From positions 14,500-78,499 of the IMG/VR virus record IMGVR_UViG_3300025118_000006: DNA of 64,000 nt; one strand, given 5' to 3'. The notes beneath the pieces are model-generated. The model did no database searches. It was given only the letters and a program-made list of their open reading frames with translations, and was not told where the DNA came from. Both the position numbers and the translations under genes were made by a program. Shown here piece after piece: positions 27,579-36,494 of this stretch; the stretch's first letter is position 1, and each line of letters begins with the position of its first letter. The DNA is from a virus.

Positions 27579-29009
27579 ATGCTTTCAATGCCCCAAGCAA
27601 ACGACCTAGTGTCGGTGAAGGACTTGCATGAGCTTAACAAAGCTCTCCGCAAGGCCACAGCGGCTGGCTACCAGACACCAGCCAGCCAAACACCAGACGG
27701 CAACACCACCTTTAGCCCACTGGTGCCTCAATCTATTGAGGCGACTCTCGCTTCAAAAACTTTCACTATGGACGAACTCGTTCTGTGGAAAATGCTGCCT
27801 AAACGCGCAGTTTCTCAAACCGTTCATGAGTACACCGTTGTAAATGAGCATGGTGGAGATATGGACCCATTCTTCGTGGAAGGTGGTGGTGGATATGAAT
27901 CCCTCAGCACTTACGAAAGAAAGAGTCTGCGAATCAAGTACCTCATGGAAAAGCGAGAGGTTACTGACGTGGCCTCTATGGTCGGAATCATCGGCAATAA
28001 CGCAAACGCTATTGCTGAAGCCACCGAGCGTGGAACCATCTCTCTTTTGAGCAAGTTGGAGAAGCAGCTTTTTATCGCTGACTCCAGCATCAACCCACTT
28101 GCATTCGATGGTATCGATAAGCAGATGGCTGATGGCGCTCCTAACAATGTCAGCAACCTTGCTGGTGATGACCTTACTCCAATGAAGTTGCAGGAAATCC
28201 TGTCTGGCTCCTATGCCGAGCCAAACTTCGGTAAGCCATCCGTAGTTCTCGTTGAGCCTCGCGTACACGCGCAGCTTATTGAGCAGGCTACTGCTTATGG
28301 TCGCCACGACATGATGGGCACGGGACAGGGAACAATGACCTTCGGTCGTTCCGACCTCCGCATCTCGGTGCCTTACGGTACTGGTTCCGTACCTGTAGTT
28401 GGTTGCCCGTTCTTGTACCCAGAAGGTGCACCGAACGCAGCCGCTGTTGGTACTGCACCGACAGCACCTTCTGCTTTCAACACCCCTACCGTTGCAACTC
28501 ACGCTTCTTCCCTGTTCCTCTCCGGCGATGCCGGAACTTACTACTACCACGCGGTAGCAGTAGGACAGGGCGGTAAGTCAGCACCGATTGTGTCGGCTGC
28601 TATAACAGTAGCTGCTGGTGAGCGAGTATCCGTTGGTATTAACGATGACGCCCTTGCTACACCAGTAAGCGGCTCCGAGAACACTGCAAGTATCTTGTAC
28701 TACAAGATTTATCGCAGCACGACCGGCGTCCACGCTGATGCAAAGTGGGCCTTCAACGTCAAGAAAGCGGATACCAGTAGTGACACCGCATTCAACGATG
28801 ACAACCTTCACCGCCCTGGCATGTCCAAGGCGTATGCTCTTCAGATGACTCCAGATGTAATCGAGTGGGTAAAACTTCTCGACTTCATCCGTCGTCCTCT
28901 TGCAGAGGTGAAGACCACTAAACCATTCTTGCTCATGCTCTTTGGTGCGCTAAACATCAAAGTTCCGACCAAGAACTGGCTTATCCGTAACATCAAGACT
29001 AATCCTTGA
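27579..29009 (+). CDS. major capsid protein
   Basis: Propeptide then K|ATAAGYQTP; QSIE..L; HEY; LE..LF.ADS.I.PL.FDG; Ig-like insertion; C-terminal LFGAL.IK.P.K...IRNI; terminator follows. Confidence 0.9.
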   Translation: MLSMPQANDLVSVKDLHELNKALRKATAAGYQTPASQTPDGNTTFSPLVPQSIEATLASKTFTMDELVLWKMLPKRAVSQTVHEYTVVNEHGGDMDPFFVEGGGGYESLSTYERKSLRIKYLMEKREVTDVASMVGIIGNNANAIAEATERGTISLLSKLEKQLFIADSSINPLAFDGIDKQMADGAPNNVSNLAGDDLTPMKLQEILSGSYAEPNFGKPSVVLVEPRVHAQLIEQATAYGRHDMMGTGQGTMTFGRSDLRISVPYGTGSVPVVGCPFLYPEGAPNAAAVGTAPTAPSAFNTPTVATHASSLFLSGDAGTYYYHAVAVGQGGKSAPIVSAAITVAAGERVSVGINDDALATPVSGSENTASILYYKIYRSTTGVHADAKWAFNVKKADTSSDTAFNDDNLHRPGMSKAYALQMTPDVIEWVKLLDFIRRPLAEVKTTKPFLLMLFGALNIKVPTKNWLIRNIKTNP

Positions 29010-29028
29010 TGTTATAGTACTATGAGTT

Positions 29029-29072
29029 AGCCGCCTCTTCTTAGCGGGGGAGGCGGCTGCTTGTGTGCTTTT
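29029..29072 (+). terminator. probable intrinsic terminator after MCP
   Basis: AGCCGCCTC...GAGGCGGCT stem followed by a U-rich tract. Confidence 0.65.
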
Positions 29073-29101
29073 AGTGTTAATTAACCTGGGAGGAAGTACC
29101 G

Positions 29102-29362
29102 ATGGCGGTAATCTGGAAACATAAAACAATTCGCAACAGCACTGTTGTGGTTGGCTCTGAAACCTATCAGATTGATGGAGAAGGCGTTTTGTCGCCTGAA
29201 TTGTCGGAGCCAGCATCAACACGTTTGCTAGGTATTCCCGGCTATTCGTGTTCGCGAGTGCCCGATGCGAAGCCAAAAGAAAAACCTGCGCCGAAGAAAA
29301 ATCCAGCAGCCAAAAAGGCTGCCCCAAAGAAAAAAGCGGCTGCAAAGCCTAAGAAAAAATAA
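29102..29362 (+). CDS. small protein with Lys/Ala/Pro-rich tail
   Basis: GGAGG RBS; PKKxxAAKK repeats. Confidence 0.7.
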   Translation: MAVIWKHKTIRNSTVVVGSETYQIDGEGVLSPELSEPASTRLLGIPGYSCSRVPDAKPKEKPAPKKNPAAKKAAPKKKAAAKPKKK

Positions 29363-29373
29363 GGAGAATTCTC

Positions 29374-29904
29374 ATGGCCGATCCTACCGGAACCAACATG
29401 ACAGCCGCGAAAGCCAAGGCGATTGACGCGACTGACCCTGCCCTCTACGAATTACGTCTTTGCGAGCGTGTGCAACAGCTTCGCACAGACCACGAAAACC
29501 CAGTTCTCAGCACTGTGTCTGCGCCTGCGAGCACCACAACCACGCTCACATCCGCACAGTCCGGCAGCGTGGTGCTTATGGCACCGAACGCAGCCGCAAT
29601 CGTACTGCCTACGCCATCTGTTGGCCTGAACTACAAAATTGTTCTCACAGCAGACTACGCCACGGCTGTATGCACTGTGAAAACAGCGACCACAGACGGT
29701 TCGGTGCATTTTGTCGGTGGCTGGACCTCTCCAGACTCTAACCACGGAGCGGCGTCCAACAACAGCAGCAATGATGCCATCACCTTCGGCGCTGATACAG
29801 AGGCGGGTGACAACATCGACCTGACCTGCATTAGTGCCACACAGTGGCTTGTGACCGGGTTCTCGAACGCGACGACGAACGGAATCACAATCGCTGACGC
29901 ATAG
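29374..29904 (+). CDS. putative capsid decoration/fibre protein
   Basis: TLTSAQSG.V......I.LP...GLNY...W.V.G beta module. Confidence 0.6.
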   Translation: MADPTGTNMTAAKAKAIDATDPALYELRLCERVQQLRTDHENPVLSTVSAPASTTTTLTSAQSGSVVLMAPNAAAIVLPTPSVGLNYKIVLTADYATAVCTVKTATTDGSVHFVGGWTSPDSNHGAASNNSSNDAITFGADTEAGDNIDLTCISATQWLVTGFSNATTNGITIADA

Positions 29905-29928
29905 TCTTAGTCAATAAGGAGATAGGCG

Positions 29929-30672
29929 GTGGCCATCGCAGATCAAGTTTCAGTCAGCTTTCTCAAGACCAACTTTTTAGCTGGTGTTGACCTGACATTT
30001 GATGATGGCACCGCCTACCCCGACTCTCTTTATCAGCAGAGTATTGATGCAGCCATTTCTTGGCTAGAAGCAGACCTTGAGGTGGTGTTCGATGATGCCA
30101 CCTTCACGGAACGCTACGATGCGCGTGATATTGATCGCAACGCATTCTGGTTAATTCACGTAAATAAGCGTCCGATAAAATCTGTTACGTCGTTAAAGGC
30201 ACGCTACGGGTCTTTCGACGGGGTAACATTCCCGGTAGATTGGATTCACATATCTTCGGAGATAGGTGGCCAGCTTCAGGTCATTCCGGGTCCATCGAGT
30301 ATGGGTAGTTTTGCGTTTACATCCGGTGTACCGTTGCTTATTGGCGACGTGTTTATGCCAGTGGAGTACATGCCGTTGTGGTGGGAGATTACTTACACGG
30401 CGGGGTTTACCAGTCTTCCAAAAGACCTTATCCATGCGATAGCTCTGAAGGCAGCCTTACTCCCTCTTGATGTTGCCGGTGACCTCATTGCGGGCGCAGG
30501 CATCGCGAACAAGTCGATTTCTGTCGATGGGTTGAGCCAGACAATTGGCACGACGGCATCGGCTACGAACGCTGGCTATGGTAGTCGGATTCTTCAATAT
30601 GAACGGGAGCTTAAAGCACTCTTGCCACAGCTTCGGAAGCGTTATCGCGGCAAGAACATGATGGTGATCTAA
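29929..30672 (+). CDS. head-tail adaptor (neck) protein
   Basis: I.AAI..LE..L, RPI.SV, ITYTAGF..LP.DL, GAGIA..SISVDGLSQ...T.SA...GYGSRI. Confidence 0.8.
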   Translation: MAIADQVSVSFLKTNFLAGVDLTFDDGTAYPDSLYQQSIDAAISWLEADLEVVFDDATFTERYDARDIDRNAFWLIHVNKRPIKSVTSLKARYGSFDGVTFPVDWIHISSEIGGQLQVIPGPSSMGSFAFTSGVPLLIGDVFMPVEYMPLWWEITYTAGFTSLPKDLIHAIALKAALLPLDVAGDLIAGAGIANKSISVDGLSQTIGTTASATNAGYGSRILQYERELKALLPQLRKRYRGKNMMVI

Positions 30673-31874
30673 TGCTTCTGCCGGTAGATACCCCAGCAAA
30701 GCTGTCGCCAAGAGTCGATTTCCGACCAGAGGAATTTAAGAAGCTACTGTTCTCGCACGGTCTACGTTTGAAGTGGGAACAAGCAGCGACTTGCCCCTGC
30801 AACATAAAGGTGACCGCAAACGAAGGTGTCGCTGCTTATCTGAAGACAGGCTTTACTGGAGAGACGCGGGTTGCGTGCCCTGCCTGCAACGGCACAGGTG
30901 TTATCTACCACAGTAGCCAAGAGGTTCGCGCTATCGTCACGAGCGCAAGAACGAATCCAGAACGCTTTAAACTCTACGGAGAGCACGCTGAAGGCGCGAT
31001 GGGGCTCACGCTATTACCAGAACACCTTCCGGGCTTCTTAGACCGATTTACGCTCCTTGATGCCGTCATTGTGTACACGGAGACACGCGAGCGAAAGAAG
31101 GCCAAGGCTTCCGCAACCATTACCGTTACATCGGGTTCAGCGCAAACGGTGGGTGACAAGGTGACGATTAACGTACCTGTTGCAGCCGGTGGCACTGGGT
31201 CTGCTATAGACGTACCTTTAGTGGCGAGCAACGGGGTGCCAAGCCTCGAATCAGCAAACTCCTTTCAGTCCTCAACGGACAAGGTCGAGCAAGCCAGATA
31301 TATAGCAGCCGCGATCAACAACGCGGTTTCAGGTGTCTTTGCATCTACAGAAAACCGGCCTGTGGTTACGATACAAGCTACGACATCTGGCACTGCTGGA
31401 AACGCTATAACGGTGGTGGCGACACAGTCGAGTAGTTGGATGACGGTTTCGGGCTCACCACTGAGTGGTGGCGACGATAACGTGATGAAGATGCGGTACC
31501 CGATTGTGAAACGAACGCTCGCGCTCACGGGCGGGAGCAAAACTTTTGGAACGATGTATCTTCGTAGCGCACTGACCGATAATGTCATGGGTAATATCGC
31601 CACGACCGTTTGCGCTGAGGATACGGACTTCAGCGTGAACGGCGATGGTGACCTCGATTTTTCGTCGGCAACATCGAAGACCCCAGCGGTAGGAAATATG
31701 TTTACGGTTTCGTACTACGCCAATCCGAGATTCATAGTACGTGACCACCCACATAGCCTCCGAGTCTCATACGTGAAGGAAAAAAGCGTATCCGCAACGA
31801 AGACGGAGATGCCTGTAAATGTAAATTGCTGGCTCGAATTCAGAGGCGACCCTGAGAGGTTTAGTGATGGCTGA
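30672..31874 (+). CDS. neck/head-closure protein with inserted Ig-like domain
   Basis: WEQA..CPC...CPAC.G.G; DRFTL; SYYANP.F motifs. Confidence 0.7.
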   Translation: MLLPVDTPAKLSPRVDFRPEEFKKLLFSHGLRLKWEQAATCPCNIKVTANEGVAAYLKTGFTGETRVACPACNGTGVIYHSSQEVRAIVTSARTNPERFKLYGEHAEGAMGLTLLPEHLPGFLDRFTLLDAVIVYTETRERKKAKASATITVTSGSAQTVGDKVTINVPVAAGGTGSAIDVPLVASNGVPSLESANSFQSSTDKVEQARYIAAAINNAVSGVFASTENRPVVTIQATTSGTAGNAITVVATQSSSWMTVSGSPLSGGDDNVMKMRYPIVKRTLALTGGSKTFGTMYLRSALTDNVMGNIATTVCAEDTDFSVNGDGDLDFSSATSKTPAVGNMFTVSYYANPRFIVRDHPHSLRVSYVKEKSVSATKTEMPVNVNCWLEFRGDPERFSDG

Positions 31875-32580
31875 GTTACGCGCTGAAACTATCGACCTAA
31901 GCAAGGTTGTGCGAGCGAGCAAAAGCCAGAACGCGAAGCTCATTCGGTCTATCGCGATTCGGGTTAAGATGGAAATTCTGAAGGAGGCAAGGAATAGCCT
32001 CGGTACGACGCTGAATGATTACATTCGCGGCCTCCAGATTGATCACATTTCCGAAACCAGTGCTCGCATCGTCTTGACTGGCCCGATTGCGAATATGATC
32101 GAGCAGGGCTTAGGTAGCGGGGGGATTGGGACAACCGGACCACGGGATATGCGTGCAGTGCTTCTAAAGCCCGGAACAAGAAGCTTGCGGCATGGTAAAA
32201 ACGGCATGTACCTGCACGTCCCGTTTACGCACACGAAGGGATCTATCGAGTCAAAGGGCGGGGCCAGTGCCATGACGGCTGCAAGACGGCTATCCCCGAC
32301 GCAAACCAGCCAGAGAGGGGCAAGTCGGGTCACGCGGTGGGCTCCGGGCGAAACGGGCCGTCTTGGCAATGAGTTTCACAAACACCTAACGGGTATGGTG
32401 AGGCTTGAAAAACAGTATGCGGGAGCGACACAAAGCACATACCGGACTTGGCGTACAATATCCGAGGCGTCAAAGACCGGGTGGATAGCCGCGCCGATTA
32501 AAGCTCGCAATTTCTTTGAAAAAATAAACATGCTTGTGCCACAGTTCGTAAACGAAGCTCGTGCGAGGATGAATCAATAA
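31867..32580 (+). CDS. neck/tail-completion protein
   Basis: L..T..DY..G, ANMIEQG, YL.VPF, YRTWRTIS..S..GW. Confidence 0.65.
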   Translation: MAELRAETIDLSKVVRASKSQNAKLIRSIAIRVKMEILKEARNSLGTTLNDYIRGLQIDHISETSARIVLTGPIANMIEQGLGSGGIGTTGPRDMRAVLLKPGTRSLRHGKNGMYLHVPFTHTKGSIESKGGASAMTAARRLSPTQTSQRGASRVTRWAPGETGRLGNEFHKHLTGMVRLEKQYAGATQSTYRTWRTISEASKTGWIAAPIKARNFFEKINMLVPQFVNEARARMNQ

Positions 32581-33242
32581 TGTTGGATAGACACACACTT
32601 TTAGTGCTGCAAGCCGGTTGGCAAACCTTGATCGATGACCGGGTGATGTTCCACGATCTTTATCCAATCGCATCGGATTCAGAGATCGAAAGCTGGCGAG
32701 CGGCCTTCAAAAAGCATCCGGTGGTCTTTAAGGCGGCGTTTGCTCCGGGCGAAGAAGAGCTACCGCTTTGTGTGGTCCAATTGTCGTCGGAGTCCGTTGA
32801 AGTTCAGCCGCTAGGCGGCGTTGGTGGTTGGACACCAAACCAGTCCACAGGCTCGGTCACGATGTCTAGTGCTGGCGTACCGTCCCACGCTTCTGGCGTT
32901 CGAGATTACTTCCACTACGGAATTCGGCAGAACGTGAACATATCATGCTACACCGAGCACCCCGATCTTACGCGATCACTACATTACGGGCTTCGTGCGG
33001 TTATGTTTGCAGCCCAGGATTGGTTTCTCGGGAGCGGGTATTCAACAATCGAATATCAATCGGCCTCTGATCTAACAACAGAGCTAGAGCTTCTTTTTGG
33101 GTATGTAAGGCAAATGAGTTGGTCCGCGCTACGTATGGAGCAAATTACGGGCGTAAGCCGACTCGCACACAGTATTTCAGTTCACATGAATGATATTGTT
33201 GTCGCTGGGGTAACTGGTGGTACAATAGCTCTTAACGAATAG
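32580..33242 (+). CDS. putative tail terminator
   Basis: Position immediately before the sheath; size. Confidence 0.55.
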   Translation: MLDRHTLLVLQAGWQTLIDDRVMFHDLYPIASDSEIESWRAAFKKHPVVFKAAFAPGEEELPLCVVQLSSESVEVQPLGGVGGWTPNQSTGSVTMSSAGVPSHASGVRDYFHYGIRQNVNISCYTEHPDLTRSLHYGLRAVMFAAQDWFLGSGYSTIEYQSASDLTTELELLFGYVRQMSWSALRMEQITGVSRLAHSISVHMNDIVVAGVTGGTIALNE

Positions 33243-33256
33243 TAAGGAGGCACGCG

Positions 33257-35272
33257 ATGTCAGCGTCCACATTAACCTTCGGTGGTTTCCAAACACGGCG
33301 GCCCGGTACATACGCGCTGGTAGATGCCTCTGCTTTAGGCGGCAAGCAACTAACAGTAGGTCGATTGGGAATCGTTGGTGACTTCCCGTTCCTGCAACAA
33401 AACACAGCGAAAGAGGTCACTTCACCTCTGGCGATGTCACAGCTTGACTCGACGAACGAGGATCTACAAGTCATTACGCGACTTGCGTTCACTCCATCAA
33501 ACGATGAGCGGGTTCCGGGTGGAGCTACAGCGGTAGTCCTTATGAACGCGGCTGTCACGACTCAGGCCAGCAAGGCAGTGTCTTCGTCGGGTGCTGAAGA
33601 CGTACTTCTTTTAAAAAGTCGAATCTGGGGAGCCTCTGGGAACCGTATGCGCTACGCAATCGCAGCAGGGACCAACGAGGGGAAAAAGCTCACCATTGAA
33701 CACAATGGAACATCTGAGGTTCACGACAATGTGACCTGGGGAACCATCTTACAGGTGAACTACAGCGGTAGCTCGTTTGCGACTGCGACCATGTACGTGG
33801 ACAACTCGTCGGCTGGAAACGGGTTGGTGATCAACGCTACGCGCTCGCTTGGAACCTCCACTGGATCGCACGCCTTGGCTACCCCAGCCGACGGAAAGGT
33901 GACCATCACATCAAACGCCATCGGTGCAGCCGACGCCAACATAACTGTTGTTGTCTCGGGAACAGCCTTGGTAGATGGTGTGGCCACAACAGGCCAAACC
34001 GAAACAATCGTGTTCAATAACACGAGCGGAACCTCGAAAGAGGGAACTAAGCACTTTACGCACATCACAACAATTGCGAACACGCACACGAACATTGCAA
34101 ACGCTGCGACTGCACAGTTCGACGTTTTCACAGCGAAAGACAGTGGTTCGACTAACCAGAGCCATAACTTCGCGAAGATTTCAGACGCAGTTGAGGAACT
34201 GACTAGCTACACAGATTTCGCTGCGACATCCGTATCTCCAAGAGTCTCAAGCTTGAAGATAAGTGAGCTTGATGACTTCGCATCGTCCGGGTCACCAACT
34301 TCCATCAAGGCGTCTCTCCAAGATTTGACTGCGGAACTTCACGCAGTCAACGCTGCTTTCAATAGCAGTGCGCTCGTGTCATCGACTGTTTCCCTTGAGG
34401 GAGCGCGCAAGAATGTCGCGAATGTCACAGCAACCTATCTTATTGGTGGGACTGCGACAGCACCTACGACTTCAGGCTACCAGACAGCCTTGGAAAACCT
34501 AGAAAGCCAGAACGCGCAAGTGCTCGCGGTTCTTTCCGATAACGCGACTGTTCACGGTTACACAGTCACGCACTGCAAGAAGATGGCGGGCCTCGGTAAA
34601 TCAGAGCGTAACGCCTGGGTAGGTGCAGCCGCTTCCGAGGCGTTGTCAGCACTGAAGACTCGCGCAAAGGCAATAAACTCTCGACACGTCGCTTTGGTCG
34701 GCCAAGAGATATATATCGCCAACGCGAAAGGGACTTTAGCCTACTACGCGCCAATGTATTTAGCATTGCAGCTTGCAGCTATGCAGTGCGGGACACCAGT
34801 TGCTACGCCTCTCACACGTAAGCTGCCAGCACTGAGTGGGTTTCGGCAAGCAGCATCATGGTCGCCTGATAAAAACGCAGAGGAACTTCTCTCTAACGGT
34901 ATTTGCTTTCTCGTGGATACCGATTTAACGCCACGAGTCGAGCGTTCTATTACGACCTACCTCACGGACGACAACGCTATCTTCTCTGAAGTTTCAGCTA
35001 ATGAGTCTGTAAACACGTCGGTACGTGACTTGCGTGCAGAATTGGACACTTTCATCGGTTCCGCGTCGGTGGCAGGTACAACTGCGCTAATCAAAGAGTT
35101 GGCCGTTTCGAGGCTTAAAAAACAGGTTGAGCTTGGCTATATCAAGGCATTTAGAAATGTCTCGATTGACGACCTTGGCGATACTTTCCGTATCAACTAC
35201 GAAGTAGCTGCCACCGAGCCAATCAACTTCATCCTCATCGTCGCACACGTTGTGCGAATTGCGGCTGCATAA
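33257..35272 (+). CDS. tail sheath protein
   Basis: RPGTY N-terminus; WG..GN; TPLTRK; RSITTY; EVSA.E; EPINFI C-terminus. Confidence 0.92.
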   Translation: MSASTLTFGGFQTRRPGTYALVDASALGGKQLTVGRLGIVGDFPFLQQNTAKEVTSPLAMSQLDSTNEDLQVITRLAFTPSNDERVPGGATAVVLMNAAVTTQASKAVSSSGAEDVLLLKSRIWGASGNRMRYAIAAGTNEGKKLTIEHNGTSEVHDNVTWGTILQVNYSGSSFATATMYVDNSSAGNGLVINATRSLGTSTGSHALATPADGKVTITSNAIGAADANITVVVSGTALVDGVATTGQTETIVFNNTSGTSKEGTKHFTHITTIANTHTNIANAATAQFDVFTAKDSGSTNQSHNFAKISDAVEELTSYTDFAATSVSPRVSSLKISELDDFASSGSPTSIKASLQDLTAELHAVNAAFNSSALVSSTVSLEGARKNVANVTATYLIGGTATAPTTSGYQTALENLESQNAQVLAVLSDNATVHGYTVTHCKKMAGLGKSERNAWVGAAASEALSALKTRAKAINSRHVALVGQEIYIANAKGTLAYYAPMYLALQLAAMQCGTPVATPLTRKLPALSGFRQAASWSPDKNAEELLSNGICFLVDTDLTPRVERSITTYLTDDNAIFSEVSANESVNTSVRDLRAELDTFIGSASVAGTTALIKELAVSRLKKQVELGYIKAFRNVSIDDLGDTFRINYEVAATEPINFILIVAHVVRIAAA

Positions 35273-35284
35273 GGAGTATAAAAA

Positions 35285-35755
35285 ATGGCAACTGAATTAG
35301 GACGTGTATTCTCGGGTGCTCGCGCAGAGATACACATAAAAGGCTCTCAAGGCTTAGAACGAGTCGGCTACGCGACTGGGGTGACTGGGACAGAAACGCT
35401 CACGCTTCAAGAGGTTGAGGTGCTTGGTCACATCGACCCTATCGAAATCGAGCCCATCGGGCGAAGGGTTACTGTCACAGCGGACTTTGTTCGTTTCGTT
35501 GGCACGAGCCTGAGAAGCAAAGGTTTGTGGCCGAAAGCTGGGGCAGATGCCAACTCGGCAGTGTCGGAGGTGATCAATTTTCCAGACCTTGAGTTCATTG
35601 TCTTCGATGCAATCAGTGGCCAGAAGATCTTCAAGGTTGAGGGTATCAAGTGTGAAACAAGGACGTTCCGAGTTGACCGCGCCGGTCTAACTACGACAAA
35701 CGCAACATTTAGAGGTCTTCGCATGACCGACGAAGGTGATGCGTCTAACGAATAA
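35285..35755 (+). CDS. tail tube protein
   Basis: VFSGARA.I...VGYA......E......VLG...P.E; follows the sheath. Confidence 0.85.
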   Translation: MATELGRVFSGARAEIHIKGSQGLERVGYATGVTGTETLTLQEVEVLGHIDPIEIEPIGRRVTVTADFVRFVGTSLRSKGLWPKAGADANSAVSEVINFPDLEFIVFDAISGQKIFKVEGIKCETRTFRVDRAGLTTTNATFRGLRMTDEGDASNE

Positions 35756-35785
35756 TCGCAATATAAACACACGGGGAGGTAAAGT

Positions 35786-36280
35786 GTGTCTTTAGATGAT
35801 ATTAGGCAACTCGGAGAAACTTCTGAGTCAGAAAAGGTTTACGAGCGTGAACACACGTTCGTTGTTAGGTACAAGTGCCCGGAGGGTCGCCAGTACGAAG
35901 CGGCCATTACTTCTAAGATTCTTTCGGGCGATGATCGCAACAAGGTAGCGCGAATTGCAGCACAGATAGCAGCGTGCCCCTGGGATCAGCTTCCGATGGG
36001 TGAGCAAATCCGAATTTATGGCCTTGCCGTGTGCTCTGTCGCACTCGATAGCCCGCCAGACTGGATAAATAAATTCATTACGGAAGACCCTGCTTTGTTA
36101 GGCGGCATCTATGAGGAGGTGGCCCGACATGACACGGGCTGGTTTCGTTCAGGTGGTGGATCGGGTAGCGAGGACGAGGAAGAGGCCAGAGTTTCAATTT
36201 CTTCAGAAGCACCTACCTCAACTCCAGACGAGCGAATGCAGCCCATTAGTTCCAAACCTATGCTTGGCCGATCTGTATGA
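35786..36280 (+). CDS. tail assembly chaperone (G)
   Basis: Between tube and TMP; PPDW...Y..V...WFR. Confidence 0.7.
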   Translation: MSLDDIRQLGETSESEKVYEREHTFVVRYKCPEGRQYEAAITSKILSGDDRNKVARIAAQIAACPWDQLPMGEQIRIYGLAVCSVALDSPPDWINKFITEDPALLGGIYEEVARHDTGWFRSGGGSGSEDEEEARVSISSEAPTSTPDERMQPISSKPMLGRSV

Positions 36281-36494
36281 GGCTAATTTTCTTCGCATGG
36301 AAGATAAGCATTGGAATGAGTTCTTAGCTAGTAGGGCGTCTACCGGAGAAGGGTTAGTGACCGGCGATCAGGTTTTCGATGAAATGGAGCGTAAGCTCTT
36401 CTCGGAGCTTGATGGTGGCGAAGAAGTGGAGACAATTTCCGCAGCTAATGGTACAAATGAGGTAGATAAGAAGCCGGAGAAAGAAGATGCCTGA
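36146..36494 (+). CDS. tail assembly chaperone T segment, probably reached by a +1 frameshift
   Basis: Open +1 frame from TTT CGT (36143-36148) to the TMP start. Confidence 0.55.
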
